Program-made: the position numbers and the translations under genes
The notes under the pieces: generated by a model
What the model saw: the letters and a program-made list of their open reading frames with translations, nothing else
What the model was told of the DNA's origin: nothing
Databases searched by the model: none
In this document: in pieces, positions 29,105-38,025 of the stretch
Numbering within the stretch: the stretch's first letter is position 1
Layout: the number at the start of each line of letters is the position of its first letter
Source of the DNA: Gemmatimonadota bacterium
GTDB taxonomy: Bacteria > Gemmatimonadota > Gemmatimonadetes > Longimicrobiales > Gaopeijiaceae
Length of the DNA stretch: 64,000 nt
Assembly (NCBI GenBank): GCA_039590375.1
Contig: JBDHFN010000004.1
Location: forward strand, 577 to 64,576
Direction of reading: 5' to 3'

Positions 29105-31234
29105 CTATTCGAAGGAGCCAGGAACCGCCTCCTCCAGTTCGGCGGCCATGTCCTCGGCTCGCCGCATGAGAGACACGTCGAGTTCGTAATCAGGGACGTC
29201 GGCGGCCTGTAGTTTGCCCACAAACTCACGAGCCTCACGTCCGGACAGGCCGAACTCCTTAAAATCTTCCAAAGCGACACTCTCGCCTCCCTCCCTCGGC
29301 CGAACGCCCTCCGCATCGGCCTCCAGTAGACGCCGCAGAACGTCCATTTCCCCGCGGCTCATGGGGTGCGCGCGGACATTGTAGTCGATCCACGCCTCGT
29401 AGCTGAGCGGGGCCACCCTCTTGAGCATGCCCGCCATTACTCGCGCGAACTCCTGTATCTCCCACTGCGCGTGCGGGTCCGCCCGTAGCGTCAGGAAGTG
29501 GAAGAGGTTGTGGAGATCGATTTTCCAGTACCACTGCGTGTACGTGGAAAGGGGCAGGTCGATGCGGGCCAGTTCTCGCGCCACTTCCTCCTCGACCATC
29601 CATCGGTACCCGTCGGACGCTTCCTCACGCACGCGGTCCCAGTGCTCGATCGCCTTCTTGTACAGATCCGCCGAGGCGGGGTCGGGCCGCCGGCCCTGGT
29701 GGTTCTCCGGGCTTTGAAGAGCGAAGTGGTCGAGGTCCGGTTTGTAGAAGAGGAGGGGCATCAACGAATAGCGGCCCGAATACTCATTAACCGAGTTGTG
29801 AGTGACGATGCCGTTGGCGATAAAATTGTGGGACGGGCCTTCGACCTCCAGATCGTAGGTCTCGCGCATCCCCACGTACTCGAAACGCTCTACGCGGACG
29901 AGGCGAGTGTTGGTGAGCTTGTTCCACGCCACTCGCGGCCGCTTCTGCCATTCCGATCGGATGGGGCCTCCACCCAGTCGCTCGACGTATTCCAATTCGT
30001 TCCCTGTGACGCTTCGATGGCAGGGCCCACATAGGGTCGTGAGGTTATGCAGCTCTCTGGCCTTCGACTCGTCCGCCCAGACTGGGATGATGTGGTGGCA
30101 GTGCAGCTCATCCGCCCTCTGAGCACACAGCTGACAGGTCCATCCATTCTCGGCGTGGATCTTGGGGGCGACCTGCGTGGTCCATCGCCCTATGGCGCTC
30201 CGCTCGGAAGAACCCCCACCGCGCCAGAAGTTGGAAGCGGCTCCACTCCGTGATCTCTGGTTCGCGGCTAGCCACTCGGCGGAGAGTCTGCGAGGCCCTA
30301 GCTCGTAGGTGAGGTCCCTGTTCCACGGGGAATCGCCGTCGGAGAAGCGTCCACGACTCGGATCGGTAAGTTCGTGGCGCGTCAGCCACTTTCTGATGGT
30401 GTGGTATGAGACTCCGCAATCCTCCGCGATGTCCCGGATGTCGCGGCGCTGTTCAGTGTACTGTCGCTCAAGCCACGCCTTGTCCTGATAGAGCGCTGGG
30501 GCTTCGGCTACGAGGCCATTCACATGGACGTAGTGGTCTCCAGCCCGCCATACGGCCTTCCCGTTCTTCTCCTCGACCCCTGTGGCCTGATGAAGCGTGC
30601 TCCAGCCCTCGGCGAATCTGAAGCGGTGGTCCGCAGTCGCCGTGATCTCTTTCCCGTCGGCAAGCACCAGGCGGAATACGTGCTTGGGGCCGTTCTTGAA
30701 GGCGTCCACGACTCGGGTATGGCCTATCCGTCCCGTCTCCTCATCCATCTGACGCAGTCGCATCCCCTTCACACGGTCACGCCGGAAGTACGGATTCCTC
30801 TGCTTATCGGGACGGTGGCGGTTGGCGGTCGGCTGAAATCTCTTCCAGACTTCCTCGATGGGGAGCTTGTACAACTGATTCCCCCGTCGTCGGATGCCTC
30901 CGGGGAGGTCGAAATAGATCTCGGTTCCCTCGGCCAGGCATGCCGTTCTGTGCCGTATCCACTGACGCGCCACGAACATGGGCATGGCGCAGTGGAACTT
31001 GAGCTCGACCATTTCACTGGGCGTCGTGTGATGGTGGCGCCGCAGATAACGAATGAGTCCGCGCGTCTGGCTCACTTTGCGGGTCCCGTACCCGTAGCTG
31101 ACCCGCGCCGCCCGCTCGACGTCCTCGTCCGAGCCCATGTAGTCCACGAGCGAGACGAATCCGTGGTCCAACACTGGGAAATATCCCCCGAGGATTTCCT
31201 CGGCGGCCGGATTGGTGGGGCGCTTCGTTTCCAT
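29105..31234 (-). CDS. thyX: FAD-dependent thymidylate synthase ThyX, interrupted by an in-frame intein
   Basis: ATG at 31234 (METKRPTNPAAEEILGGYFPVLDHGFVSLVDYMGSDEDVERAARVSYG...). The ThyX motif is split as RHRTA | intein | SVNEYSGRYS. Extein total is about 327 aa. The track ORF extends to 31708, but that extension lacks ThyX similarity. Confidence 0.9.
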   Translation of the reverse strand: METKRPTNPAAEEILGGYFPVLDHGFVSLVDYMGSDEDVERAARVSYGYGTRKVSQTRGLIRYLRRHHHTTPSEMVELKFHCAMPMFVARQWIRHRTACLAEGTEIYFDLPGGIRRRGNQLYKLPIEEVWKRFQPTANRHRPDKQRNPYFRRDRVKGMRLRQMDEETGRIGHTRVVDAFKNGPKHVFRLVLADGKEITATADHRFRFAEGWSTLHQATGVEEKNGKAVWRAGDHYVHVNGLVAEAPALYQDKAWLERQYTEQRRDIRDIAEDCGVSYHTIRKWLTRHELTDPSRGRFSDGDSPWNRDLTYELGPRRLSAEWLAANQRSRSGAASNFWRGGGSSERSAIGRWTTQVAPKIHAENGWTCQLCAQRADELHCHHIIPVWADESKARELHNLTTLCGPCHRSVTGNELEYVERLGGGPIRSEWQKRPRVAWNKLTNTRLVRVERFEYVGMRETYDLEVEGPSHNFIANGIVTHNSVNEYSGRYSLMPLLFYKPDLDHFALQSPENHQGRRPDPASADLYKKAIEHWDRVREEASDGYRWMVEEEVARELARIDLPLSTYTQWYWKIDLHNLFHFLTLRADPHAQWEIQEFARVMAGMLKRVAPLSYEAWIDYNVRAHPMSRGEMDVLRRLLEADAEGVRPREGGESVALEDFKEFGLSGREAREFVGKLQAADVPDYELDVSLMRRAEDMAAELEEAVPGSFE
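29795..30940 (-). mobile_element. Class-1 intein (382 codons) with an HNH homing-endonuclease domain, inserted in thyX
   Basis: Cys1 (TGC at 30940-30938; CLAEGTEIYF). Block B is ITATADHRF (TxxH). Blocks F/G are ETYDLEVEGPSHNFIANGIVTHN, ending in Asn at 29797-29795, with +1 Ser. Internal HTH-like RRDIRDIAEDCGVSYHTIRKWL. HNH zinc-finger CQLC..LHCHHIIP..HNLTTLCGPCH. Confidence 0.85.
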
Positions 31235-31523
31235 GAGCCTGGGCTGAAACTTCAGGTCCGACGGGGCCAAAAAAACCGACCGGCACGGTCGATGGGCCGG
31301 AATAGATCCAAAGCCCTGCTGGGCCGCAAGGCTTCGAGTCGGGGATCGCGGTCGTGGGGCGTCCAGGGCGCTAACGCCCCGCCAATCGAGCGTGTCAGCC
31401 AATCCTGTGAGGCGGTAATTCTCTGGACACTGACGGGCACGCGGGCAATCCTTTAACAGCAGGCTCGATACGGGAAGAAACCCGCTCCCGCATACCGATT
31501 CCGAGGGACGACGCACTCCCACC

Positions 31524-33377
31524 ATGACCACTCCTGGGGACAAGAGCTCCGGATCCCGCCGCCTCGCGGCGGTCTGGTTCGCAGATATCGTCGGGTTCAC
31601 TCGCCTGGCGGCGGAAAACGACACTCTGGCGCTTCGTCTGGTGGAGACCCTGCAGGCAGCCGCCACCGCGGCGGTCGAGAGCCACGAGGGCACGGTCGTC
31701 AAGTTCACGGGCGACGGTGTCCTGGCGGAGTTCGCGAGTGCCGCGGGCGCGGCCCTCGGCGGAATACAACTCCTCCTCCGATTTAGTCAACTCACGGAGG
31801 ACTGGCCGGAGGGACCACACCAGATCCGGCTGGGAATGCATCTTGGCGACGTCACCGTGGGCGCGGACGGCGATATCTACGGCGACGGCGTGAATCGAGC
31901 CGCTAGACTCGAGGGTCTGGCGGAGCCCGGAAGGCTCCTGGTCAGCGAAGACGTCTATCGGCAGCTTCGAAACCGCCCCGAGTTGATCCTGACAGAGCTG
32001 GGGGTGCGTACGGTAAAAGGGTACGACGATCCGCTCCTGGTCTACGATGCGGAGCCCACGGGGAAGCTCGCCGCGACCCTGCTTCGCGAGGCGACGACTC
32101 CCGAGCCTGCGGCCCAGGCCACCCACCCCCGACGTTCGGTTCGGCCGATCGCGGTCGGACTGGCGGTGGGGATTCTCTCCTTCGTCACTCTAGCGCTCTG
32201 GACGGCGATGGGAACGCCGAGCTCCGACACCCTGCCACTCTCGTCCGGGGCGGGAGCAGATGCGACCACCACTGCAGGTGAGATCCCCACTGCGGGTGGG
32301 GCACCCACGGTAGATGCGCCCACCGCAAACGGGACGCCCACCACAAATACGACGCCCGCCGCAAACGCTACCACGACCGCAGATTCGCCCCCCACCGTCG
32401 ATCCAAGGGTCGCCGAGTTACTGCGGAGGGGGCGTGACCAGTTGTCGCAGGGCACCCCGCGGAGCATGGCCACGGCCGCGGAGCTCTTTACGCGGTCCAT
32501 CGAGTTGGCACCCGACGACGCTCGAGCCCACCTGGGCCTGGCCGAGGCGCAGATGGGGCTCGGCAAGACAGGTGTTCGCCGACTCGGCGAGGTACTACCT
32601 CTTGCTCGAGGACACCTGGAAGACGCCATTCGTCACGACGCCGACCTGGCCGAGGCGCACGCCGCGTTGGCATCCCTTCTGGGCACCTTCCTGTGGGATT
32701 GGGAGGGCGCGGAACGGGAGTTCGAGACCGCGCTCGATTTGGCTCCAAGCCCCGCCGTCCATCGGGCCTTCGCTGAACTGCTCTCGTCTCGCGGGCGCCA
32801 CGATGAGGCCCTCGCCCAGGTGGCCATGGCCTCGAGTCGCGAGCCGGGCGCAGTGGCCAACGTCGGCGCCCAGGGCCTCGCCCTCTTCCGGGCTCGGAGC
32901 TACGCACGCGCCCGAGTGGCTCTGACCGAAGCACTTCGCCTCGACCCCACCGATGACCGCATCCGGGTCCACTTGGCGCGTACTCAGGGGATGCTTGGCG
33001 AACGCCAGCAGGCAAGAAGCACTCTCGAGGGTACGGACTCGGCGAACCGGAGCCCCTACCTACAGGTATGGAGCGCCCTCTTTCGCCCGACCACCCCTGG
33101 GGCGGGCCAAGCGCGTGGAAATCAACTCGTCCGGACGTTACGGCGAACCCTCGGTCCTTCGGAGGCCCGCAATCCCGACGCGCCCTACAACCTGGCCTCC
33201 CTCCAGCTGGTGCTCGGGGATCAGGCCGGAGCGGCCGAATCGCTCCAGCGGGCGGTACGCACCCCATCCCCATCCCTGATCTGGCTCGCCACGGATCCCC
33301 TTTGGGATCCCGTGCGATCCGACCCCGACTTCGAGAGACTCGTGCGGCTGATCGATGCGGGAGGGCGAACGCCCTGA
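31524..33377 (+). CDS. Class III adenylate/guanylate cyclase - TM - TPR-repeat protein
   Basis: Cyclase core AAVWFADIVGFTRLA...KFTGDGVLAEF...GDGVNRAARLE. One TM segment (IAVGLAVGILSFVTLALW). A Thr/Pro/Ala/Asn-rich linker. C-terminal TPR-like repeats. Confidence 0.85.
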   Translation: MTTPGDKSSGSRRLAAVWFADIVGFTRLAAENDTLALRLVETLQAAATAAVESHEGTVVKFTGDGVLAEFASAAGAALGGIQLLLRFSQLTEDWPEGPHQIRLGMHLGDVTVGADGDIYGDGVNRAARLEGLAEPGRLLVSEDVYRQLRNRPELILTELGVRTVKGYDDPLLVYDAEPTGKLAATLLREATTPEPAAQATHPRRSVRPIAVGLAVGILSFVTLALWTAMGTPSSDTLPLSSGAGADATTTAGEIPTAGGAPTVDAPTANGTPTTNTTPAANATTTADSPPTVDPRVAELLRRGRDQLSQGTPRSMATAAELFTRSIELAPDDARAHLGLAEAQMGLGKTGVRRLGEVLPLARGHLEDAIRHDADLAEAHAALASLLGTFLWDWEGAEREFETALDLAPSPAVHRAFAELLSSRGRHDEALAQVAMASSREPGAVANVGAQGLALFRARSYARARVALTEALRLDPTDDRIRVHLARTQGMLGERQQARSTLEGTDSANRSPYLQVWSALFRPTTPGAGQARGNQLVRTLRRTLGPSEARNPDAPYNLASLQLVLGDQAGAAESLQRAVRTPSPSLIWLATDPLWDPVRSDPDFERLVRLIDAGGRTP

Positions 33378-33415
33378 GCTGTCGTCACCCCTAGGCTAGT
33401 CCAGACCGCACCGTC

Positions 33416-34741
33416 TTACTGTAGCGCCTCTCCCGCAATCCACACCGACTCGATGCTGTGGGCGTTCCGGATGTCGTCCAAAGGATTCTCGGTCAGAACG
33501 ATGAAGTCCGCCCATCGGTTCGGCCGCAGGGTGCCGATCTCGTCGTCCAGACGCAGACACTCGGCGGCCACACCGGTGGCCGACCTCAGAATCTGTTCCG
33601 GCGTGAGGCCTGCCTCGGCCATGAGATCGAGCTCCATGTGCTCGAAATAGCCCTGGAACCGTGCCGCCGGCCCAGTGTCGGTACCCATGACGACCGGCAG
33701 TCCGGCGTCCGAAATCGTCTTGAGATTCCTCAGAGCCACCTGCAGCGCTGCCTTGTACGGTTGCGCCCTGGCGAATCTCGCCTGGCGTTCCGGCTCCTGG
33801 AGCTGCTCGAGCACCGCGGGGTCGGCATGCGTCAGGAAGAACGGATCGTCGAAGAAGTCCGGACGACTCTCGTAGACGAAGGTGGAGACCTCTCGGGTCA
33901 GCGTCGGCGTGTAGCAGATGCCGCTCTGGGCCATCATCCCCAGGAACTCGTCGTCGACATCCCTGTCGCGGACGCTGTGGGCGATGAAGTCGGTTCCGGC
34001 TCTCATGAGCGCCTTGGCGTCGTCCAGGTAGAAGAGGTGGGAAGCCAAGCGCAGGCCGAGCTCGTGGCTGCGGTCGATAATGGCCGAGTAGATTTCCGGG
34101 GACATCTTCTCGGAAGCACCCAGGTTATCGTCCACGCGAAGCTTCATCCAGTCGACGCCCATGTCCGCGTTCTGTTGCACCTGGCCGAGCGCGTCCCGGA
34201 CCGTGCTGCCGGTCACCACGGCCCCGGCGACGAAGATCCGGGCGCGGTCGAGCCCGGTCATCGACTGCTCGTCACGCAAGGCGACCCCGGCCTGTTCGTC
34301 ACCACCCAAACTGTTCACGGTGGTGATTCCGTACTCCCCGTAGAGGCGGAGCTGGCGAACCAGATTGCCCCGGTTGTAGTGGCCGCCCTCCAGACCCAAC
34401 GTGCCACCCACGTGTCCGTGAGTGTTGATCATACCCGGAATGATCGTGCGTCCATTGAGATTCACCACCGTGGCGCCGGCCGGCACCGGCACCGCCCCTC
34501 GCGGCCCCACGTACGTGATTCGACCCTCCCGAACGAGCATGATGCCGTCGGGGATGGCCGGCGCGCCCGTTCCGTCCCAGATACGAGCACCGACGACCGC
34601 CGTCACTCCGTCGGCGGAGCCCCCTGCCTGGGCAGCCGACACCATCTCGGGAGCGGCAATGTCAGCGACGAGGCCCACGACGAGGCCCGCAAAAGTCGAA
34701 CCCGTCAGGAGAGACGAGAGAAGCGTCCGTTTCTTGGTCAT
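33416..34741 (-). CDS. Amidohydrolase-family metallo-hydrolase, exported
   Basis: Signal peptide. INTHGHVG metal-binding motif. Later HS..D and GTD blocks. The ATG overlaps the upstream stop as ATGA. Confidence 0.85.
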   Translation of the reverse strand: MTKKRTLLSSLLTGSTFAGLVVGLVADIAAPEMVSAAQAGGSADGVTAVVGARIWDGTGAPAIPDGIMLVREGRITYVGPRGAVPVPAGATVVNLNGRTIIPGMINTHGHVGGTLGLEGGHYNRGNLVRQLRLYGEYGITTVNSLGGDEQAGVALRDEQSMTGLDRARIFVAGAVVTGSTVRDALGQVQQNADMGVDWMKLRVDDNLGASEKMSPEIYSAIIDRSHELGLRLASHLFYLDDAKALMRAGTDFIAHSVRDRDVDDEFLGMMAQSGICYTPTLTREVSTFVYESRPDFFDDPFFLTHADPAVLEQLQEPERQARFARAQPYKAALQVALRNLKTISDAGLPVVMGTDTGPAARFQGYFEHMELDLMAEAGLTPEQILRSATGVAAECLRLDDEIGTLRPNRWADFIVLTENPLDDIRNAHSIESVWIAGEALQ

Positions 34742-36027
34742 GAGCGTAACCTCGGTCTTGATCGTTTCACGGTCTCCACCGGAATCCCTATCGCTTCCGC
34801 GAGCAGGGCGGCGAGGATCTCCGACTGCCGGCCCAAAGGTATGTCATCACCCAGCGGAATGCGCCTCCCTCCCCGCAGGAATCCCCTAATCCTCATGTGG
34901 GACAACGACTTCGCTCCCTGTCCAACACGACTGTGCATGTCCATTTCGATCCTCTCGACGTCTTCGAAGCGAGCCGTCCGTCTGAACGGGAGAAAGAAGC
35001 TCCGCCGGGTGATCACCCGGCCGTTTCGGATTTCCACGACCAAGGAGTTCAACAGGGAGTACAGACCCAGAAGCATCATCAGGCCGCCGAAACCTCCGAA
35101 GACCAGGAGGAAGAAACCCCCGAAACCCACCGCGACCGCCCCCATCAGCCCTCCAGCTCCGAACTCGCTCGTGCCGAGGAGCGCGAACACTCCCCCACCC
35201 GCGAACACGGCGCCGAAGATCAGAAGCATGAGTCCGCCGATGCCCCCCCGGCCCGCCGGAAAGGAAAGGGTCACCCCGCCCCGACTCCTTCGCACGCGCA
35301 CGACCTCGGGCGACAGGGAGGAGATATCGGCGGCCGTAGCCTCTGACAAAACTGGCTCGCTAGCCTCGATCGGGGGATCCATGAGAAGCGCCGGAACCTC
35401 GAACACCTGGTCGAGATCCGCCCCTGCAAAGTCGGCTTGAACGCGAACGACCCATTTGTGATAGTCGTCCGACGGCTCTTCGGAGGGGGGCAGCCCCACC
35501 GGAACCTCGAAGGTGTATCGAAGACGGACGCCCCCTGCGGAGCGCTCCACCTCGGGGAGCGTCTCCTTCCCCCACTCAACCGACTCGCTACGGCCGGAGC
35601 CGTCATTCGTCTTCACCAGCCGATCGCGAAGGCACAGCAGCATCACTCGGAAATCCGAGGCGGTCGCCTGATGAATCGGAAGTTCGAGTGATCCCCCGAC
35701 ATGGCCCCCGATCGAGCCCGGGAGCGGATCGAGGGTCATCTCGAGACGACCGAAGCGACGCCAACGGAAGGAATCCCTCACGGCCATGAACAGAATGTGC
35801 AGGCCCAGCAGAGTGAATGCGGGAAGCACCACCTGGATGTACACCGGCAGGTCCCGGCCTCCGAAGAGTGCAATCCAGCCCACCGGCAATCCGAGCGCGT
35901 TCATGATCGCGGCCGCAAACCATACGACCCGGAGCTCCTTTCGGCCCGCTGTCGACGCGACACCCGACGCCCAATCGGGGCGACTCTTCAGAATCTGCGG
36001 AAGGGGCTCAGGAGGCGTTGAACGCAT
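34738..36027 (-). CDS. Hypothetical polytopic membrane protein with Gly-rich TM cluster
   Basis: N-terminal TM segments, a central soluble beta-rich region, then Gly-zipper-like TMs (GGIGGLMLLIFGAVFAGGGVF...GFGGFFLLVFGGFGGLMMLLG). Translationally coupled to the amidohydrolase gene. Confidence 0.6.
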   Translation of the reverse strand: MRSTPPEPLPQILKSRPDWASGVASTAGRKELRVVWFAAAIMNALGLPVGWIALFGGRDLPVYIQVVLPAFTLLGLHILFMAVRDSFRWRRFGRLEMTLDPLPGSIGGHVGGSLELPIHQATASDFRVMLLCLRDRLVKTNDGSGRSESVEWGKETLPEVERSAGGVRLRYTFEVPVGLPPSEEPSDDYHKWVVRVQADFAGADLDQVFEVPALLMDPPIEASEPVLSEATAADISSLSPEVVRVRRSRGGVTLSFPAGRGGIGGLMLLIFGAVFAGGGVFALLGTSEFGAGGLMGAVAVGFGGFFLLVFGGFGGLMMLLGLYSLLNSLVVEIRNGRVITRRSFFLPFRRTARFEDVERIEMDMHSRVGQGAKSLSHMRIRGFLRGGRRIPLGDDIPLGRQSEILAALLAEAIGIPVETVKRSRPRLRS

Positions 36028-36151
36028 TGGACCTCTGGGTCGGACGGGTCTCGGCGGCCCCGTGCACGGAGCCTTCGAGCCTTAGAATCGTACAACGAGA
36101 CGCCTGGCGGGGCATGGCCCGAGCAGAGTAAGGTGCTGTAGGGAGGAGTCG

Positions 36152-36937
36152 ATGCACGAAGAAGGGAGCGTTTTGGATGTGGTCCCCGGCGAGAGTCCGC
36201 CGAAGGGAAAGCGTCCCTGGCTCAGGGTTGCGGAGTCCGAATGGCTGGTCCGATTGCAGGACGGACTGCGAGTTGGGCTGCGAGTCGGATTGCGCTGGGG
36301 GCGGCGCTGGTGGCGGCCCACCGTCCTATGGATCGCCGGGCTCTCTCTGATATTTCTGCTCTTGGTCCGTGGATCGATGTACGCCTATCAGAGCTTGGGA
36401 TGGGGCACTTGGTCGTCGATCGGGCTGGGTGTCTTCAGTACAGTAGTCGTCTTGTCCGGCTACGCGACGTGGCTCTGGCGCACTGTCACCGGCGAGGGCC
36501 GGCTGCGGCGCATCGTGCAGCCGGTTCTGATCGCGGTTTTCGCGGGTTATGGCGTTTCCGGGCTCCTCTACTTGTCGTCCGGACAGGCGAGGAATCCCGA
36601 GCTCGCGGACCACTACGCGTCCCTGCACCCGCTCATGAGACTCGGCGCCAGCATCTACTTCCTGTTCGACCGAGACGGGGTCGTCACAGATCTGGGGCGA
36701 ACCGCCGAGGACTACCTGGCGATGGGTCTCACCATCGAAGAGGCTTCCCTGCACTTCAAGCTCGCGGACCCGTATGTCCACGCGATGGATCTCCGCACGA
36801 TGGGTCGCAGTGCCAGAAGGAATCGCCTGACCGTCGCGTACTTCCGGATCATGGGCTTCCGGAGCCTCTACCATGTCGCGGCTGCGGATCATCTCCACGT
36901 GTCGCTGCCAATGAGGGAGGAAGCCCGGGTGCGATGA
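36152..36937 (+). CDS. Hypothetical membrane protein
   Basis: GGGAGGAG then ATG. 4-5 TM segments, then a soluble C-terminal region ending ...AAADHLHVSLP. No family recognised with confidence. Confidence 0.6.
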   Translation: MHEEGSVLDVVPGESPPKGKRPWLRVAESEWLVRLQDGLRVGLRVGLRWGRRWWRPTVLWIAGLSLIFLLLVRGSMYAYQSLGWGTWSSIGLGVFSTVVVLSGYATWLWRTVTGEGRLRRIVQPVLIAVFAGYGVSGLLYLSSGQARNPELADHYASLHPLMRLGASIYFLFDRDGVVTDLGRTAEDYLAMGLTIEEASLHFKLADPYVHAMDLRTMGRSARRNRLTVAYFRIMGFRSLYHVAAADHLHVSLPMREEARVR

Positions 36938-37266
36938 CGAAGAACCTCAAGCCAGCCGTCACAGACTTCTTCTGGGGATTGGCCGCTCCCCTGATAGCCT
37001 CCGGCCAAGCCACGGAGGGAGTCCTCATGGGTTTCCCCTGTCTGAGGGTGAAGGGAGAGTTCTTCGCGACGTGCGACCACCGGACCGGGGAACTCATCGT
37101 GAAGCTGCCCCGCGCGCGAGTCGAGGAACTGACCGATCTCGGACACGGCCAACCGTTCGCACCGGCCGGCCGTGTCTTTCGAGAATGGGTGCTCGTTCCG
37201 GAGCGGGACGACAGACGTTGGGCCGAACTGATGGCGGAGGCCCGTTCGTTCGTGGGTGGCGCTTAG
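36934..37266 (+). CDS. Hypothetical small protein (TfoX-N/YjbR-like fold possible)
   Basis: ATGA overlap with the upstream stop. 110 aa (MTKNLKPAVTDFFWG...CLRVKGEFFATC...LIVKLP). Family assignment is tentative. Confidence 0.55.
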   Translation: MTKNLKPAVTDFFWGLAAPLIASGQATEGVLMGFPCLRVKGEFFATCDHRTGELIVKLPRARVEELTDLGHGQPFAPAGRVFREWVLVPERDDRRWAELMAEARSFVGGA

Positions 37267-38017
37267 CGTGGCGACGCTCTCCGGGCCGGTACGCCAGGGA
37301 TGGATTGGGGCATTGTTGGCTCTCGTCACGGTGGGAGCGATCGCGGCGGCCCAGGACGACCCGCTCTACCAGGTCCCCTACAATGGAGACTTCACGTTCA
37401 CTCGCATCCGGTACGGCGGGCCAGGGTTTCGGGGGTTCGGCCGCTCGTCGTGGTCGCATGACTACCCGGACGCCGACCGCAACATGCAGACCATCCTCGA
37501 CGAGTTCACCGCCCTGACGCCCAACACGAGCGGAAGCAACGTGGTCCTGCTGGAGGACCCTCGAATCTTCCAGCACCCGCTCATCTACATCTCCGAGCCC
37601 GGCTTCTGGACCATTTCGGAGGAGGGGGCTCTGAATCTCAGAGAATACCTCCTCAAGGGTGGCTTTCTCATTTTCGACGATTTCGAGGCGGGCCAGTGGT
37701 ACAACATGGACGACCAGCTACTCAGAGCGCTCCCGGAGCGAGAGTGGGTGGAACTGGACGAAACGCATCCGATCTTCGGAACGTTCTTCTACGTGGAAGA
37801 CATCTACGTGCCCCACCCGTCGGTCAACGTACAGCCCCGGTACATGGCCATCTTCGAGGACAACGATCCGAGGAAGCGTGTCATGGTCCTTGCCAATCAC
37901 AACTCGGATCTGGCGGAGTACTGGGAGTGGTCCGCTTCCGGGCTTTTCGCAGTCGACCCCACGAACGACGCATATCGGCTCGGTGTGAACTACATCATTT
38001 ACGCGCTGACCCACTGA
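37256..38017 (+). CDS. DUF4159 domain-containing exported protein
   Basis: GTG start overlaps the upstream gene end. Signal peptide. FTFTRIRYGG...WSHDYPDADRN...HPLIYISEPG...GGFLIFDDF matches the DUF4159 pattern. Confidence 0.8.
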   Translation: MALSVATLSGPVRQGWIGALLALVTVGAIAAAQDDPLYQVPYNGDFTFTRIRYGGPGFRGFGRSSWSHDYPDADRNMQTILDEFTALTPNTSGSNVVLLEDPRIFQHPLIYISEPGFWTISEEGALNLREYLLKGGFLIFDDFEAGQWYNMDDQLLRALPEREWVELDETHPIFGTFFYVEDIYVPHPSVNVQPRYMAIFEDNDPRKRVMVLANHNSDLAEYWEWSASGLFAVDPTNDAYRLGVNYIIYALTH

Positions 38018-38025
38018 CGTCTTCT

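Noticed and set aside
29795-30940. Alternative reading of the thyX insert as a free-standing HNH gene or intron-encoded endonuclease
   Set aside because: The insert is in frame with both ThyX halves, with no stop or start signals at the junctions. It also carries the Cys1 / TxxH / HN-Ser splicing residues, so an intein is the simpler explanation.
31235-31708. 158-codon N-terminal extension of the thyX ORF in the track
   Set aside because: It has no ThyX similarity and is Arg/Ala/Pro-rich. ThyX homology begins right after the internal ATG at 31234 (METKRP...VLDHGFVSLVDYMG). The extension is probably just open frame in high-GC DNA.
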